Made by a program: the position numbers and the translations under genes. The notes below the pieces were generated by a model, which worked only from the letters and a program-made list of their open reading frames with translations, had not been told where the DNA came from and made no database searches. Below, in pieces: positions 1-11,110 of a DNA stretch of 64,000 nucleotides. Source of the DNA: Candidatus Bathyarchaeota archaeon (GTDB taxonomy: Archaea; Thermoproteota; Bathyarchaeia; Bathyarchaeales; Bathycorpusculaceae). The stretch covers positions 9,110-73,109 of the forward strand of contig CAVYXJ010000021.1 of NCBI GenBank assembly GCA_963772455.1, read 5' to 3'. Within the stretch, counting starts at the first letter, position 1; every line of letters begins with the position of its first letter.

Positions 1-1867
1 TATAGGTGTCTGAGAAATTATAGCTCCATAGGTGTGCTCCAGTTTTGGCGTTGAATGCGTTGATTACGCCGCCCATGCCTGCTGTGTAGAGATTACCGTA
101 TTTGATGACTGCTGCGCCCCACGGATTCATGTAGAGGTCAGTGAAAACGTTTAGCCATGGGTCTGCGGGAGTTGTTGGGCCCCAGATTTGTTCGCCAGTT
201 GAAATCTTAAAGCCATAATGTACTCTAAGTTCTTTTACGCTTACAACGAAAACGTCGTCTGCTGCACTGAAAGGTTCTGATCCTGGAATGTCTACATGTA
301 CATCTGCAACTGGAAGAGTCCATGTTCTGTTCCAAAGTAGTCTTCCTTCCTGTCCTGGTTTAATGCTGACTGCCCAGAAGACTGGTGTTGGTTGTGCTGC
401 GCCGCCTGCCCAGTTTGTGTTGCTTCCAATTATTACATCGTTGCCTACAACGGTTTGTATGTTGCTTGTAAGTGCTCCTGTTCCCACGGTATCAACTGGT
501 AACCCAAGAGGTATCGAAACGTTCCAGTCATAGCCTTTTGCTGCATCAAAGATGTTGCCGTATGGTCTCCAGCGTCCTGCATAATATTCGGCTAAGCTTT
601 TATCATCCACTAATCCGCCGCCTGGTTGTCCTGCAACGCCTGGACGAGATGCATAGAAGTCACGGTATGTCTTGTAGACAACACTTGTGGAGTTCCACAT
701 TGTCATCCAACCGGCTTTGTTTTGCATGGTGTAGATTAGAATTTCGCCGTTAGGTCCAATAGTTCGATAGCCAGATGGCATGCCTTGGATAACGTAGTCA
801 AGACGTCCTGTGAATGGGTCATAAGCTTTCCAGTCAGTTCTCAGAACAGTTTGTGTTGCTTGGTTGTAGACAGTGACTGTTGTCCAAAGTTCTGCAAATG
901 CACCGTACATGTTCATGGTCTTCCAATAGAATATGTTAGCAAAACCTAGTCGTTCGTTGTTGCCTAATGGTTGTTTCCAGAGTTCTTTGCCTGTGTGTAG
1001 ATCTACTGCAACGACTTTGTTTTGAGCTTCAAGGCCAGTGTAGTTCCATGTTGTTCCTGGGTACATCATTGCGGTTTGAACGGGTTGCTCATTGTAGTAG
1101 AGTATACCGTTAAGTACCAGAGCTCCACTGAATTTGCCTTCGTATGCATCGCCGTGTTCATAGCTGATTTGATCCATGTTTATGGCGTTAATATCTACTC
1201 CGCCAACAAGGCCTCCCTCAGCTAGTTGCTTAGCCCAAAGTAAGTGTGCTGTTTCGGGTGCGTCATTATTGTCTGGTGGAAGTCTGTTTTCATATCCAAG
1301 AACACCCAGCCAGTTACCAGCAATAGATTGCCATTCTCTAAATTGTGCATTTATCGGTCTTGACCAGTATTCTGTTGGGAGTGGGACACCTGGATAGTAA
1401 GCTCTAGGCTCTTGAGTTACGACGAGTGCATATGGTTCGCTTTTGCTGGCTTTCATTGTTGTGTTAGCAAGTGTTCCTGCGGCTGTGTATTGGATTTTTT
1501 GCTCTGGGAAGTTAGCTGTGAGGTAGTATATGCCTTCTTGGTCTGGTACAAAGTTTATTCCTGTCATTCCTGTCGTGTCTGTTGTAACTGGTCCAAGAGT
1601 TACATTTTGACCGTCTGGTTTGGTAACTGTAACAGTCATTCCATACCAGCCTGGCTGTGGCCAGGAGGTTGCGTGGGTAAGGCCGACAGTAACTAGTGTT
1701 TGTTGTCCTACACCAACGGGGTTAGGTAATGCTCCAACTAATGGAAAAGTATTCTTAGAGACTCCTGCCTGCGCTTCAGCTGATGGTAGATTAAGTATAG
1801 GTATAGTCATGCTTAAAGAAAGAATTCCAACGAATATAACAGCTAATATTTTTTTGTTTAATTGCAT
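1..1867 (-). CDS. Secreted PQQ-like beta-propeller repeat protein, paralog 1 (3' end runs off window)
   Basis: Missing from ORF track. Manual translation MQLNKKILAVIFVGILSLS...PNPVGVGQ...PLPTEYWSRPI...AVDLHTGKELW shares motifs with the three other paralogs; N-terminal signal peptide. Confidence 0.85.
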   Translation of the reverse strand, partial: MQLNKKILAVIFVGILSLSMTIPILNLPSAEAQAGVSKNTFPLVGALPNPVGVGQQTLVTVGLTHATSWPQPGWYGMTVTVTKPDGQNVTLGPVTTDTTGMTGINFVPDQEGIYYLTANFPEQKIQYTAAGTLANTTMKASKSEPYALVVTQEPRAYYPGVPLPTEYWSRPINAQFREWQSIAGNWLGVLGYENRLPPDNNDAPETAHLLWAKQLAEGGLVGGVDINAINMDQISYEHGDAYEGKFSGALVLNGILYYNEQPVQTAMMYPGTTWNYTGLEAQNKVVAVDLHTGKELWKQPLGNNERLGFANIFYWKTMNMYGAFAELWTTVTVYNQATQTVLRTDWKAYDPFTGRLDYVIQGMPSGYRTIGPNGEILIYTMQNKAGWMTMWNSTSVVYKTYRDFYASRPGVAGQPGGGLVDDKSLAEYYAGRWRPYGNIFDAAKGYDWNVSIPLGLPVDTVGTGALTSNIQTVVGNDVIIGSNTNWAGGAAQPTPVFWAVSIKPGQEGRLLWNRTWTLPVADVHVDIPGSEPFSAADDVFVVSVKELRVHYGFKISTGEQIWGPTTPADPWLNVFTDLYMNPWGAAVIKYGNLYTAGMGGVINAFNAKTGAHLWSYNFSDTY

Positions 1868-1893
1868 TTTTTCCTTTCCTCATTTAATTTTAT

Positions 1894-1969
1894 GGAAGCG
1901 CTTAAGCTTCCGACGTGACTAGTCTCGAGTTTATTCATTAAGTAGTGTCAAAAATAAAAAAATATGACA
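1894..1969. promoter_or_regulatory. Divergent promoter region with inverted repeats (candidate TrmB operators)
   Basis: GGAAGC-N6-GCTTCC (1894-1911), near-palindrome CGTGACTAGTCTCG (1914-1927), TGTCA-N14-TGACA (1946-1969). Confidence 0.35.
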
Positions 1970-2000
1970 AGTATTAAATCTAAAAGATAACTTAATTATA

Positions 2001-2801
2001 ATGGGGCAGGATTTGAGCTTAGAAGAGTACCATTTGGAAACTTTAATCCAATTAGGATTAACACCAAATCAAAGTAGACTTTATTTAAGTTTACTATGCT
2101 TAGGTAAAGCTATTGGAAAGACTCTTTCCAGAGAAACCAATTTTGCTAGACAAGAAGTATATCGAATACTAGAGGAACTGCACGACCGCGGGCTAGTTGA
2201 AAAAATTTTAGCAAGACCAACAGAATACAGGGCAGTGAAAATTCAAGAAGCCATCTCCACACTAGTTTTAGAGAAAACAAAAGAACTTGAACGAACCAAG
2301 GAACGGATTCAAAGTCTAATAGATGAATATTCACCGACAGCTGGCACATTAACACAAAACGAATACAAGTTTTTGTTGATTCCTCCTAAAACATTGGTTC
2401 ACGAGACAAGGGAAAAAATGCTTGAAAAAGCCAAAACAAACGTGCAGTTAATCACAACAAAAAAAAGATTTCTTCAGGGCGTTTCTCATTTCTTTGAAGC
2501 ATACCAAAGTTTGTTGAAGAGAAATGTAGAAACTCAAATAATTGTCAACACCGCTGGAGAAACAAATAATCTCCAAAGTAGCAAACTCCAACTTCTCAAA
2601 AAGTACCCAAATTTTTCGCTAAGGACAATAACCCAATCTAAAGCAAACATCTTAATTTTAGACAAAAGTGAAGCAATAATTACTTTACACCCAAAATTAG
2701 ATTTGGGAGCATCACCTGTTTTATGGACAAACCACCCTGAATTCCTAATGATTTTTCAAGATTATTTTCAGGATCTTTGGAAAAAAACACCAAAGAGATA
2801 G
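2001..2801 (+). CDS. TrmB-family transcriptional regulator
   Basis: N-terminal wHTH (LGLTPNQSRLYLSL...RQEVYRILEELHDRGLVE...P..Y.A) plus C-terminal effector-binding domain. Confidence 0.85.
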   Translation: MGQDLSLEEYHLETLIQLGLTPNQSRLYLSLLCLGKAIGKTLSRETNFARQEVYRILEELHDRGLVEKILARPTEYRAVKIQEAISTLVLEKTKELERTKERIQSLIDEYSPTAGTLTQNEYKFLLIPPKTLVHETREKMLEKAKTNVQLITTKKRFLQGVSHFFEAYQSLLKRNVETQIIVNTAGETNNLQSSKLQLLKKYPNFSLRTITQSKANILILDKSEAIITLHPKLDLGASPVLWTNHPEFLMIFQDYFQDLWKKTPKR

Positions 2802-2975
2802 AACTTTTAAATGAAATAAGCTTGCTGAAGTTCTGGGACAGTTTTAAAGAGAGAAATTATTCAAATTCGCAATATTCTATACATTAATATTAACTTAAAT
2901 CCAAAAAACTTTTTGCTGGATTAATTTAAACAAAAAAAGAAAAAAGGAAAGATTGTTTTTGGTTTGGTTTGGTGC

Positions 2976-5753
2976 TTATTTCTTTCTAAGCATCATGAGC
3001 ACTAGTAAGACTAGTACTATGATGATTAAAACGAATATGCCTGCGATTGCTGGTACGAAGTACATGTCTGCTGCAGATTGAGGTGGTGTTTCTGTTGGTG
3101 CTGCTGTTGGATGTGCTGGATCAACTGCAAAGGCTGTCTCAGAATATGATGGCCAGTAGCCGTTTGAGCCATGGAAAGTTGCGATGACTGTGTATTTGCC
3201 TGCGATGTCTGGTGTCCATTGATAGCTGTACATTCCGCTTGCATCAGTTGTTGCACTGCCAATGTTGCGGTAGTTGCCATTTGCATCAACAACATCTAAG
3301 GTTACTTCAACACCTTTGAAGTTGGTTGGTAATGGTTTTTGTTGGTATACGTAAGCCATCCACTCTGTCATTGCTGAGTCAGCTGCGACTGGTAAGCCGT
3401 TGGGGAATCTTGCTGCTTGTTCTTTTTGATTTGAGCCTGATGAAATGTCTGCTACTGTGCCGGTAATGACTATTGATCCTCCTTGTTGGAAGCCTGTTGC
3501 TGCTGCGCTAACTTTTGTAACTGTTGGGCCTCTGCCGACTGTGTAGATTGAGTTGTCGTAGCTGTTGAACCATGTTGCGTAGCCGTCTGCAACTGCGAAG
3601 CTTTGGGTTGTGAATTCAGTTACGTATGAGGAAAGGGTCCAGATTTCTGCACCGGTGGTTGCATTGATTGCTCGTGTCACTGCTCCTTTGAAGATTGGCA
3701 TTTCAACTGTGTGTTCAGATGTTACTACATAAACAACGTCGTTGCCAATAGCGTTCACGAAGGTTGGGAAATTGCCTGGTACTTGGAAGCCACTGTTAGT
3801 GCTGTTGCCTACGCCGCCGTTGCCGTATGTCCAAAGTCTGTTACCGGTTGCTGTATCATAGCAATAGACTATGCCTGCATAAGCGCTGCTGTAGAGTTTG
3901 CCGTATGCGAATGTGTTTGCTAAGCTGCCTGAAGCTTGGCTGCCGTAGTAATCAAAGTCTGCTTGTGGTTCTGTTGTCCACAGTTTTGCTCCGTGTGTCC
4001 ATGCTGTAACCGACAAATCTTTGGGTTTCTCTAAGATCTTCAACGAAGACTCTGTTAACTGGATCAATGCCTGCAATTAGAACTGTTATGTTGTTTGCTG
4101 GTGGATCATAGTTTTTCGTCCAAAGGACTTGACCATTGTGATTCTGGTTTTAAGCTGATTGCGGTATATGTGTATGGAACGAAGCTTAGTTGACCCATGA
4201 AGGTTGCACCTTGTGATGGAAGTGTCCCATTTTCGACAATCATTATGTCATCGTTGATAACGCCGACGATTACTGGTGTTTGTGTGCTTGGGACTGTATT
4301 ACGCCATGCATTTGGAACGCTGAAGTCAAATTTGTTCTGTGGGTTGGTTGGATCATTGACGCTTCCGTTAACGATGTATGTGTTTGTGTAGAAGGCTGTG
4401 CTTGAAGGTGATGGTGGAACGGTCATAAGTGCCGCAGAGTTTATGGTTGCTGACGCGTTGATAATTGATGGTGAAAGTAAACTGCCGCCTGTGAATGGGT
4501 TGGTTCCGAAGTTCCAGAGTTTAGTTGAGTTCCATCTTGCTAAAACCCAGTTTGCTGGTTGTCCTGCAGCAGCTGTGTTCTGGAAAACGTATCTGAGTTG
4601 CTCACCGCTTGGACCAAGGACTGTTGCCCAACCTGTTGCTGTTGGAACACCGGTGACGTTGAAGAGAGCGTTGCCTGTTTCTGCGTCAAATAATCTGCCG
4701 AAGTTGGCTGTGGATAAGATAGCTGGGAAGACACCGTGTTGGTTAGGGTCTTCATGGTCCCAAATTAGGGCAAATGACATTTGTGGTAAGTCAGATCTTG
4801 ACCAGATTAGTTCACCTGTGCGTAAGTCAACGCATTTTAGTGGTCCAGCATTTGATCCTGTGAATGAGATTGGTTCGTTATAGTATATTTTGCCGTTAAT
4901 CACTATTGGGTTTTGGTATCTTTGGTTGTATGCAGATCCTTCAAAGTATGCGTTTCCCTGTATGTCAAAGTTGTTGCCTCCAACGATGCCGCCTGTTTGC
5001 ATCATTTTTGTCCACATAACGTGGCTAGTGAGTGGTCCGACTGCGTCTCCCGGATAGAACATTGCACCGTTACCGCCAGCGTTAAAGGATGCTGTGAAGC
5101 CTCCGTAACCTGGTTGACCAGTACCTAACCAGTTAGAGGATATTGTCCACCAACCTGGGTTTTCACCGTAGATTGGTCGTGTCCAATATTCTTCTGGTAG
5201 TGGGTAGCTATCTGGGTAGGTGAGGATTGGATCTTCTTGTACGGTCAGGGTTGTGGTTGCCATGCTGGGCAGGTATGTGTCGTTAATCATGGTTGTGACT
5301 GGGCTATGTGGGAAAGCGTTGATTGCTTGTCCTGGGAAATTAAAGGTTAAGGTGTAAGTTCCTACAATGGTTGGTGTGAATGAGTAGGCTTGTGAAGAGG
5401 TTGTGTCTTGGATAGTTTCGAATGTTTGTGTTGTGTTTACACCATTGGGATCTGTGATAGTTAGTTTGTAGTTGTGGAATCTGTAGTTGTTGTTTACTGC
5501 TGCATAATTGATTGTTCCTGTTGGTTCACCGGCAGGGTAGTAGCCGAAAACTCTGTTGAGCCACATGTAAATGAGTGTTGATTGACCTAGACCAATAGGG
5601 TTGGGCAAGGCAGTGATGTAAGCGTTTGTTGTTAACTCCTGTGCCGGTAGTATGTGCACTTGCTTTTGGCATGAATGATGTTGATGTTGCGATTGAGACT
5701 GCTAAAAGTACAGCAATCATAATAGCTAAAGTTTTATTTTTCGAAAATTGCAT
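2976..5753 (-). CDS. Secreted PQQ-like beta-propeller protein, paralog 2 (two frameshifts, probably sequencing errors)
   Basis: ORFs 5526-5753, 4106-5659 and 2976-4076 join into signal peptide + PNPIGLGQ/YPLPEEYWTRPI/WTYGNGG motifs + C-terminal TM anchor. Confidence 0.85.
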
Positions 5754-6002
5754 TTCTTTTATTCTCCTTATTTTTATAACTCATACACAAATGATAGGAG
5801 TATATTTAAGAATTACTGAAAAATCCTCAGTCAAATCACACAAAAACTCTTTTTTTCACCATTAAAAGCAACAAAATGAACCCAAAAGAGGCCTTACTTG
5901 GCTTTCAATTTTCCAGAAAACACTTTTTCTGCGATTGTCAATGAATAAGAGGTTTGCTAAAACTGACAACTCTCAGAAAAAAAGCTACTTCTTCTATACT
6001 AT

Positions 6003-6518
6003 CTATGGAATTTCAATTACCGCTTGGTCTAAAACAGAAGTACCAATTCTTAATGTTACATTAAGAGCATATCCACGTATCTTATAGGAATCATCCATGT
6101 TATCTAGAGCAGCAACATGCAATACTTTTGCTTCCCCTGGCTGTAAAGGACTTAAGAACCATGGTTGCCCCATCTCAACGTATCCTTGGTCAGAGGGAGA
6201 AGTATTATTAAAGAATCTAATTGTTTTAGTCATATTGTAAGGGCTTTCACTGACAAAAGTCAAAGTCAAGTTATCTACTCTTTGTGTTTCATTGTTTGTA
6301 ATTTCAATAATAAAACCAGCATGCCAACTTAGGCCTTCTGCAGGAAAGAAATTAGTAAAGTGAAAATTAGTAATATGGACGTTAGTAATAGGTTTCATTG
6401 TAGGTGTAGGAGTCTGGATATTACTTGTTTGAGGATTGTTAATGAGTGATGATAAGATTAAAACAAAGATTAAGACAACTGCAATTGAAATAAATACGGA
6501 TAGTCTAATCTTATTCAT
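6003..6518 (-). CDS. Hypothetical membrane-anchored protein (Ig-like)
   Basis: N-terminal TM, PT linker, beta-rich domain with N-x-S/T sequons. Confidence 0.6.
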   Translation of the reverse strand: MNKIRLSVFISIAVVLIFVLILSSLINNPQTSNIQTPTPTMKPITNVHITNFHFTNFFPAEGLSWHAGFIIEITNNETQRVDNLTLTFVSESPYNMTKTIRFFNNTSPSDQGYVEMGQPWFLSPLQPGEAKVLHVAALDNMDDSYKIRGYALNVTLRIGTSVLDQAVIEIP

Positions 6519-6588
6519 AATCTCAGCTTACCACTAAAGAATATGAGCCTTTTTGTCCACATTCCTATACTAAACCCTGATTTCCTTG

Positions 6589-7833
6589 TCAAACTTCCTT
6601 CACTAAGTTGTGTTTATGTTTTTCATAGTAGACTAACAAACTAGCAGCCACAATCACAACTACAATAACTATGGCAGCAACAGATTCAACTGGAAAAAAA
6701 TCCATGTCATGGTTATTGGGGTTATTTGTTGTTGTTGGAATCACTGCTGGGTTTTCAGGAACACCAGGAGCATTGGAGTTAGGAGTAACAAGGAATGGCA
6801 TATACTTCACTTCACCTAAAATAGAATCGTTCTTTCTGTCAAAAATTGACTGATTTATCAATTGCAGATCGGTTGTTCCCCACCAATTATTTCGTGCATC
6901 TAAATCCCTCAGATGCATATGTTCAATGTTGTATTGACTGTTATTTTGCAGATTATTCCCTGTAACTTGGAAAGGAAGATTAGAGGGGCCACATTGAATA
7001 CCAACTGAATTCTGAGCAATAGTGTTATTTCTGATATCAGCCATGCCCCAGAAATGTATTCCAACATTATTATTGAAAATTAAATTTCTTATGATGCGCA
7101 TATCATCAGCCTTTGCTCCTAGATCTGCTCTTATTCCAACTGAGCAATTACTAATTTGATTGTCTTCAATTGAGAACGAACTTATGCGTAGAAAACCATT
7201 TATTCCAATTGAATTATTTCCAAATATTTTATTTCCAACAATGTCTGCATGAATTCCCTGCACATAAATTGCGGAAAAACCGCTTTTTGAAGCTATTTCA
7301 TTTTTTGTTATCGTTACAGGTCCACCTTTTGCATCAGCATGAACCCCGTCGGAAATCTTGTTATTAGAAATTATCGGTGAGCCACCCTTGACAACTATTC
7401 GTGCATCGATAGAGTTATTCGCAATTAAGGGTGAACCAGAACTAATCGTAAATCCATCTATATCATTTAAGACAGCGTTTTCAATAATTGAATCAAACCC
7501 ATTTTGTTCACTTGAAAGGTAAATTGAGCCAGTGTTAAAGAAAATTTTTTCGTTGTCGCTTCCCTGAGCAACCAAGGATCCATTTACCAGAAGTGAATTC
7601 CCATTCAAATTAACAACAACACCAGGCTCTATAGTTAATTTTACACTTGTTTCAACTAGAGTTTGCTCAATCAAATTATATGGACTATTAGTCTTAGACC
7701 ATATGGTATCAGACGATATTGTGCTTTCAACATTCGTTGAAGCTTTAGCTAAGCTGAATTCATAATTGACAAAAAATAAACTACCAACTAAAACAATGAG
7801 TGCTATGATTGCTGGCAATATTGTTTGCTTCAA
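6589..7833 (-). CDS. Right-handed parallel beta-helix (NosD/CASH-like) surface protein
   Basis: Signal peptide, WSKTNSPY, repeated I.NN.I..N..GI, NNWWGTT motif, C-terminal TM. Confidence 0.8.
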   Translation of the reverse strand: MKQTILPAIIALIVLVGSLFFVNYEFSLAKASTNVESTISSDTIWSKTNSPYNLIEQTLVETSVKLTIEPGVVVNLNGNSLLVNGSLVAQGSDNEKIFFNTGSIYLSSEQNGFDSIIENAVLNDIDGFTISSGSPLIANNSIDARIVVKGGSPIISNNKISDGVHADAKGGPVTITKNEIASKSGFSAIYVQGIHADIVGNKIFGNNSIGINGFLRISSFSIEDNQISNCSVGIRADLGAKADDMRIIRNLIFNNNVGIHFWGMADIRNNTIAQNSVGIQCGPSNLPFQVTGNNLQNNSQYNIEHMHLRDLDARNNWWGTTDLQLINQSIFDRKNDSILGEVKYMPFLVTPNSNAPGVPENPAVIPTTTNNPNNHDMDFFPVESVAAIVIVVVIVAASLLVYYEKHKHNLVKEV

Positions 7834-8252
7834 TTTTATTTCATTAAGCTTTTGTTTGTGTAAGAAATAAAAGGGTATTCGTCAAGTTTTCTTTACTAAT
7901 TCCAGAAAGGGCTTAGTCAAACTTTGTTGACTAATTTTATGGTGTCAAATTTTTCCTGAATAAATTGCTCTTCTATCAATTGTTTTTTTAGTCCTTGAGA
8001 TTGGTATAATTATTAGTTAAAGTTTAAAAAATATTTTTTTTTCGTTTCTCGTACTTTTTTGGGTAGAAGAATTCGCTTAATCAAATAACGAAGAAACTTT
8101 AGAGTGGGGGAAAATAATATATTTGTTAGAAGAAGAAGAGAAAAAAATTTGCATTCTTCTACTCTACTAAAAATTTAATGCCTCTCTTGCTGCTGGGAAT
8201 ATTGAGGTTTTATAAAGTTAGCATTTGTCATAGTCGGTTAAATTTTTTTTTA

Positions 8253-8849
8253 TCATTTCCTCTTTTTCATTAGTACTGCAATAGAGAGTATTGATAGGAA
8301 TATAGGTAGAATTGGCAGCCAAAATAACTCGGGTATTGTGGGGGATGGATTGGTTGTAGGTAGGGGTGATGCAGTTGGAGTTGTTGTGGCTGAAGGTGTT
8401 GGAGTATTTGGTGGAGAGATAGTGAATTCAGCTTGCCAAGTGCCTGCCAGATATAACATTGAATAGTTAGTATAATAGTGACTGCCAAAATTCACAAATA
8501 CATACCATTTGCCACTGTAAGTAGGTACATCAAAGGTTATTGTTGCCTTGCCATTTGTGTCCGTTGAAATATTAGTGTATACCCAAGGACCATTTGGACT
8601 TGATGCTCCAACGCCATTTGGAGACTTTAAATACACAATTAATTGAGTGTAGCCTTCGCCAGTTGGTGTAGCAGGGGACATCTGGATTGTTGCCGTTACT
8701 GGTTGTCCTTCAACAATATTATCTACAGATATGGTACAATATGTGGCAACTCGCTCACCTTGCGCTTTAGCAGGTTCAACCATTATCAAAGTTAGGATTA
8801 TTAACATTACAACTAAGAGAAATGTGAGATATTTACCCATTCTATCCAT
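8253..8849 (-). CDS. Hypothetical secreted protein with PT linker and PE(F/L)-type C-terminal anchor
   Basis: Signal peptide; TPTPSATTTPT; IPELFWLPIL...KKRK. Confidence 0.65.
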   Translation of the reverse strand: MDRMGKYLTFLLVVMLIILTLIMVEPAKAQGERVATYCTISVDNIVEGQPVTATIQMSPATPTGEGYTQLIVYLKSPNGVGASSPNGPWVYTNISTDTNGKATITFDVPTYSGKWYVFVNFGSHYYTNYSMLYLAGTWQAEFTISPPNTPTPSATTTPTASPLPTTNPSPTIPELFWLPILPIFLSILSIAVLMKKRK

Positions 8850-8956
8850 ATTGGATTAATCAATCTGTTATGTTATAACATTTTACTTGTGAGAAGCTTA
8901 CGCCATCTTTATAATTGCAAAAAAAGAAAGAAGGATTGGCAGATTTGCTTAATCTT

Positions 8957-9316
8957 CTAAATCCAGGGAGCTAATAAGCCAATTCCGATAATGGCCAATA
9001 TAATAGCAAGTAGTATTATCACAACTGCGAATATCACTACAGCAACGACAGCGATTATGAATGCTTTTATCCATCCGCAATCAAAGAAATGTTTAATCAG
9101 TGCCAGCCAAACTATTAATAATATTATAAATGCAATTAAGCTGCCGATAAATGCGCCAACAATTGTGTTTATGACTATTCCAAGAAAGGCTATCCAAAGT
9201 GCATCAGTGAATTTTGCTTTATCTTTTCCCGCAATAAGTCTTCCAGAAATCCAAAGTGCTGGAGAAAGCAGTATTGTTCCTATGGCGATCTGGATTAATG
9301 TCCCAATTATGTCCAT
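8957..9316 (-). CDS. Small multi-pass membrane protein
   Basis: About four hydrophobic helices; GGAGG SD upstream. Confidence 0.7.
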   Translation of the reverse strand: MDIIGTLIQIAIGTILLSPALWISGRLIAGKDKAKFTDALWIAFLGIVINTIVGAFIGSLIAFIILLIVWLALIKHFFDCGWIKAFIIAVVAVVIFAVVIILLAIILAIIGIGLLAPWI

Positions 9317-9579
9317 AATTCAACCTCCACATAAATTTGATTTAGCGCTGCTTTATAAACTTAGATATAACTGCAGATTTTAAGGGTACAATTATTCTAA
9401 CAAAATTAAATTCATGTTTTAAAAATTAGAGAGTTATTATTTATGAAGATGCATGAGGGTATAATCATTAACCATGAAAACCAGGAATTATTGTTAATAC
9501 TTCAACGGTGAATTCAACAGTTTTATAGGAAGAGACTTCAATTATACCTAAAATTAACTAAGTAATTGAAGTGAAATAA

Positions 9580-10113
9580 TTGATTATCCGAGAAACAACC
9601 CTCGCGGACCTTCAAGACATTATCTATGTTGAACAAGAAGCCTTCCGCCGAGACTCTGAACCTCAGTTAACCAAAGAAATGCTATCTGACCAGTCCGCAC
9701 AACCAATCGTGTCGCTACTAGCATATATCGAAAATCAGCCAGTGGGACATATCCTCTTTACACATGGATACTTGATCAACAACCCAAAAGTTGAAGTTTC
9801 GTTTCTGGCGCCTCTGGCTGTAGTACCCAAATTTCAAAGACAAGGAATTGGGGGTAAACTAATCAAAAAAGGACTAGAAATTCTATCAAAATCAGGAATA
9901 GACTTGGTATTCGTTGTTGGGCATCCGCATTATTATCCACGACACGGTTTTATGCCAGCATTAAGATTCGGTTTTGAACCAACCTATCCAATTCCACAAG
10001 AAGTTGCTAACGCATGGATGGTGCAAGCTCTTCGCCCAAGCATAATTGGCTCGGTATTTGGCAAAGTGATTTGTTGTGACACGTTGAATAAACCTGATGT
10101 CTGGAGAGAATAG
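9580..10113 (+). CDS. GNAT N-acetyltransferase (YhbS-like)
   Basis: LAPLAVVPKFQRQGIG, VVGHPHYYPRHGF. Confidence 0.9.
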   Translation: MIIRETTLADLQDIIYVEQEAFRRDSEPQLTKEMLSDQSAQPIVSLLAYIENQPVGHILFTHGYLINNPKVEVSFLAPLAVVPKFQRQGIGGKLIKKGLEILSKSGIDLVFVVGHPHYYPRHGFMPALRFGFEPTYPIPQEVANAWMVQALRPSIIGSVFGKVICCDTLNKPDVWRE

Positions 10114-10209
10114 AGCAAAAGAACTCCAATTAATTTCAAATTGTAATATCTAAATGTAATCACAAAGTTTCTTATTTATAGAATTACCCAGTTAGCACTT
10201 AGTGATTTT

Positions 10210-10395
10210 ATGCCTGAACCAAGTTTTGAATGGTATTGTGATAAATCTAAAAAATTTAGATTTAGACTAAAAGCCCCCAATGGAGAAATAATTGCTGTTA
10301 GCGAAGCCTACAATTCCAAAGAAGCAGCTGTAAATGGAATTGAATCAATCAAGAAGAACGCACCAATAGCAAAAATAGTTGAAACCAAAGAATAA
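10210..10395 (+). CDS. YegP/DUF1508 family protein
   Basis: FRFRLKAPNGEIIAVSEAY.SK..A.NGIESIKKNAP. Confidence 0.9.
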   Translation: MPEPSFEWYCDKSKKFRFRLKAPNGEIIAVSEAYNSKEAAVNGIESIKKNAPIAKIVETKE

Positions 10396-10449
10396 AAGAA
10401 CAAAAAAACTTCCTTTTTTCTTTTAGGAAATAGTATGTGGATTAAAAAA

Positions 10450-10833
10450 TCATACGATAAGTTTCATTTTTGCTGATGGATGTGGAGCTACTTGCATTTG
10501 GACATTATTGTAGGCTACCATATTCTTGCAGATTAGGTTAAGTGAATTTTCGGTAAAGCTTAGTACATCTTTTCCTTCATTGGTTAGGTTGTATACTTTT
10601 CTTGGCCTTTCTGAATCCATGTTCCATACGCTTTTTACGTAGCCTTTTTTCTCTAAAAGTCCCAATAGGGGGTAGACTGTACTTGGTCCAAAGTATACTC
10701 CAAATCCTTTGCGGATTTTAGTTATGAGCTGGTATCCGTGCATTGATTCTTGTTCTAGATATTGGAGAATAATCATATCTAAGAGGCCTTTGGTTAGTTT
10801 TGTTTGGGCTTCTTTTTGGTTGTTAGTGTTCAT
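10450..10833 (-). CDS. PadR-family transcriptional regulator
   Basis: HGYQLI...GPSTVYPLL..LEKKG...RPRKVY.LT.EG; ATG at 10833 has GGAG SD. Confidence 0.9.
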   Translation of the reverse strand: MNTNNQKEAQTKLTKGLLDMIILQYLEQESMHGYQLITKIRKGFGVYFGPSTVYPLLGLLEKKGYVKSVWNMDSERPRKVYNLTNEGKDVLSFTENSLNLICKNMVAYNNVQMQVAPHPSAKMKLIV

Positions 10834-10872
10834 TTTTGTTTTTGCTCCTGTTGTTGTGTTGTTCAAATATGC

Positions 10873-10895
10873 AATGTGTCGTTTTAAGACACATT
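10873..10895. promoter_or_regulatory. Perfect inverted repeat, candidate PadR operator
   Basis: AATGTGTC-N7-GACACATT just upstream of padR. Confidence 0.5.
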
Positions 10896-11110
10896 TCTTA
10901 TGTCTTCATAGTGTCTAAAGTGCCACTTAAACCCTCGCACATAACCAAAGCATACAAAAAAACCCCATACAACATAACTGTCCAACACAAGAACATATCA
11001 ATACATAAAATATATCATAAAAATCAATATTTCAACTACTCCCATCACCCAAAAGGAACTGTACAACAGATAAACAAAAAATGAGCTTATGAAAGAAAAT
11101 GAAAAAACAA

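Noticed and set aside
288-1922. Plus-strand ORFs in the track
   Set aside because: Antisense shadows of beta-propeller paralog 1; the same applies to most short antisense ORFs over tuf, apgM, leuS and other genes
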